In this document: positions 50,661-64,000 of the stretch, one piece after another
Layout of the letters: every line of letters starts with the position of its first letter
How positions within the stretch are numbered: position 1 is the stretch's first letter
Source: Eledone cirrhosa
Taxonomy: Eukaryota
Length of the DNA stretch: 64,000 bases
Assembly: GCA_964016885.1 (NCBI GenBank)
Contig: OZ024756.1
Span: forward strand, 186,001 to 250,000
Direction: 5' to 3'
Notes under the pieces: model-generated
Databases searched by the model: none
What the model saw: only the letters and a program-made list of their open reading frames with translations
What the model was told of the DNA's origin: nothing
Translations under genes and position numbers: made by a program

Positions 50661-52560
50661 CATATAGAAAACCGAATGATACGCTTAATTACATAAGTAA
50701 GCATTCCAACCATCCTGCCAGCATAACCAAGAACCTGGTAAGAAACGTTTCGTTGAGGCTTTCCCGTCTTTCCACCAACGAACGTATTTTCAACGACCAT
50801 TCCACTTATTACAATGACGCTCTTGCTCGAAGTGGATTTGTCAATAAGGTAGCATATACAGAGTACGAAAATAGACCTAGAATAGATCACGTCGCATTTG
50901 TTGGTATAACCCACCATATAACAGGGAGGTGGCCACACCATTAGCTAAGATCTTTCTTTCCCTTATTACGAAGCAATAAATATAGTAAAATTTTTAATAG
51001 AAATACTATTAAAATTTCTTACTCTACGACTCCTAACCTTGCACATAACATCACAGCTTCAAATTTAGCTAAACTACCTAGCCGTAGGAACACGTGCAAC
51101 CCTGTAGTTAGTACTAACTGTAATTGTAGGAATCGGGCTGATTGCCCCCTATCCGGGAAATGCCTCTCTAGTAACATTGTCTACGAATGTAAGGTTGTAA
51201 CACCCACGTCCCGTAGGGCCTACATAGGGTTAACCGCCAATAGATTCAAGCAGCGTCTTTACATGCATACCCATTCTTTTCATTACCCTCTAAGAAGGAA
51301 TATGACGTCACTTTCAGCTTATATCTGGAGTCTAAAAGACAACCACACCCAATATAAGTTACACTGGGAGATCCTAACTAGGGCTAGATCGTATAACGGA
51401 AATAAAAGACCATGTGACGTCTGCGCCGCTGAGGCCCTGGAAATACTCTACGCCACAGACCACATCTTAAACAAAAAATCTGAGGCAATTTCGGCTTGTA
51501 AACATAAATTGCACAAAACTTTCCTGTATTACAGCCCCACGTTATACCCTAACGGATAGTACGATCTATACGTGGATATTTTACGTCTCGATGTGGGAGC
51601 TAAGTATATGTTTTGCTTATACCTTTACTTATTTGCATAGGTAAGTATATATTATCCGTATGTTTTGTGACGGTACGTATACCTTCTCGTAAGTATATTT
51701 GATTGTTATGGCGTATAATTTTTTTTATATATTCTGGTACATATGGTTCGGCTATGTGTATACAGGAGTTTTGCGTCTGTGTGAGTATGCAGGTTCGTAC
51801 GTATGTAGGACGTGTGTATATGTTTACTTCATGTTTTGGTTGACTTACGTCTCCGAACATTCGTGTATTTACATGTAGATGTGTGTGCGCTTGTTATATA
51901 CGTATTTATTTATTTATTTATATGTTTATATAATTATTTATTTATTTGCATACACGCTTACACACACACACATATTTATATGTGCGTGGTTTTGTTTCCT
52001 ATGGTAAGTTTTTGCGTATGCTTGTGTATGTACGTATTTGTTTGCGTGTACGTATTTATTTATTTCTATTACTTCTGTATTGTATTTATTTACTTTGTTC
52101 TTAACTCCGTAGCGGAGATTCATTCGGTCTCCTAGTTAGAATTTAGTCTACGACTTCTGCTATACCGTTAACATTGTTTTGTCTTTGCGTGCTATTGTTC
52201 TCCACGCTCCACATATGACGTATTATCCTCGTGTTTTTTTTTCGTTCATTGCCAGAGAACGTCTCTATGCACCACCTAAGAGAACATTAGTCTACAACTT
52301 CTTTTATACCATAAACGTGGTTCTGTCTTTGCGCGTAATTGTTTTTCACCGCTCCTATTAATGACGTATTATATTCGTTTTTTCCCGTTCTTTGCCAGCG
52401 AACGTTAACACGAACCAAAGTATCGTCTTCTTGTCTTCCTCCGGTTGCAACGTTTTTTGAAATATCCAGTTCTGTGTTTACAGATTGACTTTGTTAGTTT
52501 CCGAAGATCCCGTTAAGGGTGAAAGCAGCGATTCTTTGCTTAAACTTTAATGTTATTTTA
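50661..52560 (+). mobile_element. 5'-truncated Penelope-like element of Naiad type: RT thumb, CxC zinc motif, GIY-YIG endonuclease, ~1 kb 3' region
   Basis: Manual translation across two frameshifts: [27 protein letters not shown] / WYNPPY / KIFNRNTIKISYS..PN..CNCRNRADCPLSGKCL..IVY..YIGLT..FKQR..H..SF..TSLSAYIW..CDVC..E..LNKKSE..CKH; stop at 51559. Confidence 0.85.
52496..52546 (+). ncRNA. Hammerhead-like motif at the 3' end of the Naiad-type element
   Basis: Stem I AGTTT/AAACT; variant core CCGAAGA; stem II CCC/GGG with a U-U base; GAAA; stem III GCA/TGC; CUU triplet. Confidence 0.45.
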
Positions 52561-52646
52561 ATAAATATATATATATATATATATTCAGATATATATATAT
52601 ATATACATACATATATATATATATATATATAGATATATATATATAT

Positions 52647-52677
<31 letters not shown>

Positions 52678-52746
52678 GATATATATATATATATACATAC
52701 ATATATATATATATATATATATTCACATATATATATATATATTCAC

Positions 52747-52781
<35 letters not shown>

Positions 52782-52956
52782 TATATATATATATTCACAT
52801 ATATATATATATATTCACATATATATATATATATATTCACATATATTATATATATATATATATATACACATATATATATATATATATATACACATATATA
52901 TATATATATATTCACATATATATATATATATATTCACATATATATATATATATATT

Positions 52957-52993
<37 letters not shown>

Positions 52994-52996
<3 letters not shown>

Positions 52997-53175
52997 GGAA
53001 CCAGTAAGACCCCGACAGCTGAGCTCAAGCCGTTTCGACGGCTAATTCGTCGAAACGGCTTGAGCTCAGCTGTCGGAGTCTCACTGGTTCCTATTACCCA
53101 CTCTACTACCTCAAGTATTGAGTACTTTGGTGCGTTATGGTCCACCTGGTTCCTTACAACATTTCCTTCGTTATA
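52994..53175. repeat. H5 element with a 47 bp fold-back (52994-53040 / 53048-53094)
   Basis: Arms reverse-complementary with two mismatches around the loop GCTAATT. Confidence 0.9.
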
Positions 53176-53197
53176 CACATATATATATATATATATT

Positions 53198-53311
<114 letters not shown>

Positions 53312-53326
53312 TATATATATTCACAC

Positions 53327-53479
<153 letters not shown>

Positions 53480-53706
53480 CATATATATATATATATATAT
53501 ATATATTCACATATATATATACACATATATATATATATACACATATATATATATATACACATACATATATATATATATACACATATATATATATATATAT
53601 ACACATATATATATATATACACACATATATATATATATATATACACACATATATATATATACACACATATATATATATATATACACATATATATATATAT
53701 ATACAC

Positions 53707-55678
53707 ATCATCATCATCATCATCATCAGCGTTTAACGTCCGTGTTCCACGCTTGCATGGGTTTGGACGGGGGTAGTCCCACTTGAGGCAAGAGTGATTG
53801 TCTTGCTCGCATAGGACTGTCTGGCAGGTTTTCTACAGTTGGATGCCCTTCCTAACACCAACCACATTTACAGTGTGGGTCTGGGAGGTTTTTACCGTGT
53901 TGCCTACACGGCCACATTACAGCGTGGACTGTGTGTTTTTTTGTCGTGACACCTACACGATCTCATTTGTTTCGGCCTCGATGGCGCGGCACCAACATAA
54001 CTTTACATAGAACGGGGGGGTGTGGATCGGGTGGGGGTGGTGGGACGGGGTGTATTTGTTAGAGATGCCTACTGGCTGGAGTAGGTTTTACTATATATTT
54101 AGGTAAGGCGGGTCTTCTCTGTTACTGAGTACCGCCAAAGGTCTCGGTCCAGTGACATTGTCTTGGAGAGGTGTAAGTGTGTGATGTCGGAGTTTATCAG
54201 CTCGTCCCAGGTTTTTCTAGGTCTGCCTATTCCGTGACTACCGTCTATCTTTATTGCCCTGCACTTTGTTATACAGCTATCGACTTTCATGCGCATCACG
54301 TGTCCATACCAACGTAGCCTTCTCTCGAGTAAACAACATCTGATCCCTCTTATCTCTAATTTATTCCTTAGTTCGTTTATGCTTTGCCGTTCACGTATAT
54401 TACTGTTACACATCCAGCGGAGCATGCAAGCTTCGTTCCTCTCTAGTCTGCGTATATCCTCTGCACACAATGCCCAGGTCTCACTGCCATGCAGCATTGC
54501 TGTTCGTATGCAGGCATCGTACAACCTGCCTTTCATTTTTAGTGAGAACCCTTTAGCAGCTAATAGTGGTATAAGCTCTCTGAACTTTTTCCAACCAGTT
54601 CTGACTCTAGCTACAGTACTTTCAGAGCACCCTCCCCCACTGCTGATTTTATCGCCCAGGTAACGGAAGCTGTCCACTATTTCTATAGAACCCTCTGCGC
54701 AATTGAAAGAGCTAGTAGTTTGTGGGCACTTGCTGCTACTTATTGCACCAGAGCACCGGCCACATGTAAAATCTATGTTCTTAGTTAGCCTACCTGTGAT
54801 CCCACTACATCTTTTATGCACCCATACTTTGCATTTAGGACAAAAAATGGAGTTTCTACCTACGCCTTTCCTACACACCGAGCACGACCATTTCCCAGAA
54901 GGGACCGCCGCCTTGTTTTCTTTCCTACAAACTAGTACTTTGGTCTTAGCCAGGTTAATTTTAAGTCCTTTTGACTCTAGGCCGTGCTTCCATGTTGGAA
55001 TTTCTTCTCTAGCTCGGCCATTGATTCCGCTATGAGTGTCAGGTCGTCTGCGTATAGGAGTTCCCATGGGCAGCCTGTCTTGAACTCCTCTGTTATGGCC
55101 TGAAGGGCAATAATAAATAGTAGTGGACTGAGAACAGAGCCCTGATGGACGCCGACTTTTACGCTAAACTCTTCACTATATTCGTTGTTAATTCTAACCT
55201 TGCTGACTGTTTCTTTATACATGGCTTGTATAGCCCTCACAAGCCATTCGTCAACGCCTAGTTTTCTAAGAGCCCACCAGATAATGGAGCGGGGGACTCT
55301 GTCGAAGGCTTTCTCCAAGTCGACAAAAGCTAAGTAGAGGGGTTTACCTTTAGCTAGGTACTTCTCTTGTAGTTGTCGTACTATGAAAAGAGCGTCTGTG
55401 GTACTTTTGCCTGACACAAACCCGAACTGCATTTCATCTAGGTCAATTCTCTCTCTGATTAGCTGCGCTATTACTCTTTCCGTGACCTTCATGACCTGGT
55501 CGATTAATTTAATGCCTCTATAGTTACTCCTATCTAGGGCGTCTCCTTTACCCTTATAACAGTTAACGATGACGCTGCTATGCCAGTCCTTCGGAACAAC
55601 CCCGTTTTGTACGACTTGGTTAACTATGCGGGTGACCATGGTGTGTCCCACCGTGCCAGATGCCTTCAGCATCTCAGC
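53707..55678 (-). mobile_element. RTE LINE family A, 5'-truncated copy with one frameshift near 54995
   Basis: ORFs 54977-55906 and 54099-55067 together give the RT-to-C-terminus; (CAT)n tail at 53707. Confidence 0.96.
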
Positions 55679-62668
<6,990 letters not shown>

Positions 62669-64000
62669 CGCCAAACAATTGCTGCTTCAACTACCCCTAC
62701 TACGGTGTAACCATGTAATCGTAACGTTCACGTTTTTCCTATCTACCCCACACACCACAATTTCGTACATAGACCAAACATCCAATCCCGCAAAATCCGA
62801 AATCTGTATTTTTTGTTATTTATTAAGGTTTAAATACGGTGTTTCTGTCGTATTGAACAGAACAAATCTTGCAGTTTTGCTTTTTGTTACTCGCTGTTAA
62901 ACATTCATAACCTTCCAGCTCCTCAATTCCTTAATTCTATCGTATTCTCCAATTCCTTAAATTCCTTAATTCCATCGTATTCCCAAACAAAAAACAAAAT
63001 CCTTCCCATTCTTAATTCTATCGTATCCTCCAATTCCCTAATTCTATCGTATTCTCAAACAAAAAAAAAAAACAACAAAATCCTTCCCATTCTACTTCTT
63101 ATAATTTACTTTAAATATATATATCATGCTACCTCGAAAGTCAAAAATCCCGCTCATACACCCTTCACCCACCATTTTCTTCACGAGGGGTTGCGGTCAG
63201 CCACTCTCTCTCTCTCTCTCTCTCTCTCCCCCCCTTCCCACTCTCTCTCTCTCTCTCTTAGCTACACACACACACATATATATATAAGATAAATTCCCGT
63301 TCATGTTTATTCACTTTCGCCAAACAATTGCTGCTTCAACTACCCCTACTACGGTGTAACCATGTAATCGTAACGTTCACGTTTTTCCTATCTACTCCAC
63401 ACACCACAATTTCGTACATAGACCAAACATCCAATCCCGCAAAGTCCGAAATCTGTATTTTTTTTGTTATTTATTAAGGTTTAAATACGGTGTTTTTGTC
63501 GTATTGAACAGAACAAATCTTGCAGTTTTGCTTTTTGTTACTCGCTGTTAAACATTCATAACCTTCCAGCTAGCTACCCCACATCCCTCCCACCCGCCCC
63601 CACACACCACCATTCTTAATACGTGGACCAATCATAAGCCAGAGACCCCCCCCACACGCATCACCATTATTACTATAAGCCAGAGACCCCCCCCCCACAC
63701 ACACGCATCACCATTATTATTATTACGCGGACCAATCATAAGCCAGAGGCCTATACTATCGCTTGCACGGTTGCCTTCGATATATGATGGATGGATGGAT
63801 GGACGGACTGCGGAATCCTGGAGAGTGGAAGGGAGAGAAAAATCTGGACGCTCAGAGCGAAAATGCCAATGCTAAAGTCAAATTCACCTCGTGGACGAGA
63901 ATGCGAGCACTCTTCTTTGTTTCGCCCGCGGATGGCTAACATAACCCCATCTCCCCCCGCCCCACACCACCCCCACCCTCCAAACACGATCCAAAACTTC
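62669..64000 (+). mobile_element. 5' end of a second RTE family A element (649 bp tandem monomer, 5'UTR, ORF start); continues beyond the window
   Basis: CGCCAAACAATTGCTGC at 62669 and 63318; 63425-64000 aligns to 24115-24700. Confidence 0.92.

Noticed and set aside
51118-51500. Selenoprotein recoding in the Naiad-type element
   Set aside because: No in-frame TGA at the Cys positions in this copy.

Overview
Gene-poor, AT-rich animal DNA. The repeat landscape (huge (TA)n arrays, RTE LINEs with (GAT)n tails, tRNA-derived SINEs, Penelope-like remnants) suggests a mollusc, probably a cephalopod; this is inference only. Positions 1-11000 are a GGT/GTT-derived minisatellite that reads as a Pro/Thr mucin-like ORF on the minus strand. 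The rest is mostly (TA)n arrays packed with nested retroelements. These include one apparently intact RTE LINE (23089-28099) with tandem 5' monomers, APE endonuclease, RT and a C4HC3 PHD-like finger inserted inside the RT. There are also about 8 other RTE copies or fragments from two families, two SINE families, three Penelope-like element (PLE) remnants and a hAT remnant. The least expected signal is a dense set of hammerhead-ribozyme-like motifs read by eye, from at least six sequence families. Most have a palindromic stem III, and many sit in fold-back inverted repeats inserted into (TA)n. One has a compensatory U3-A8 core. No host gene can be called with confidence; two minus-strand exon candidates are noted. 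Nearly all Y/I-rich ORFs in the track are microsatellite artefacts. No computation or database search was run.
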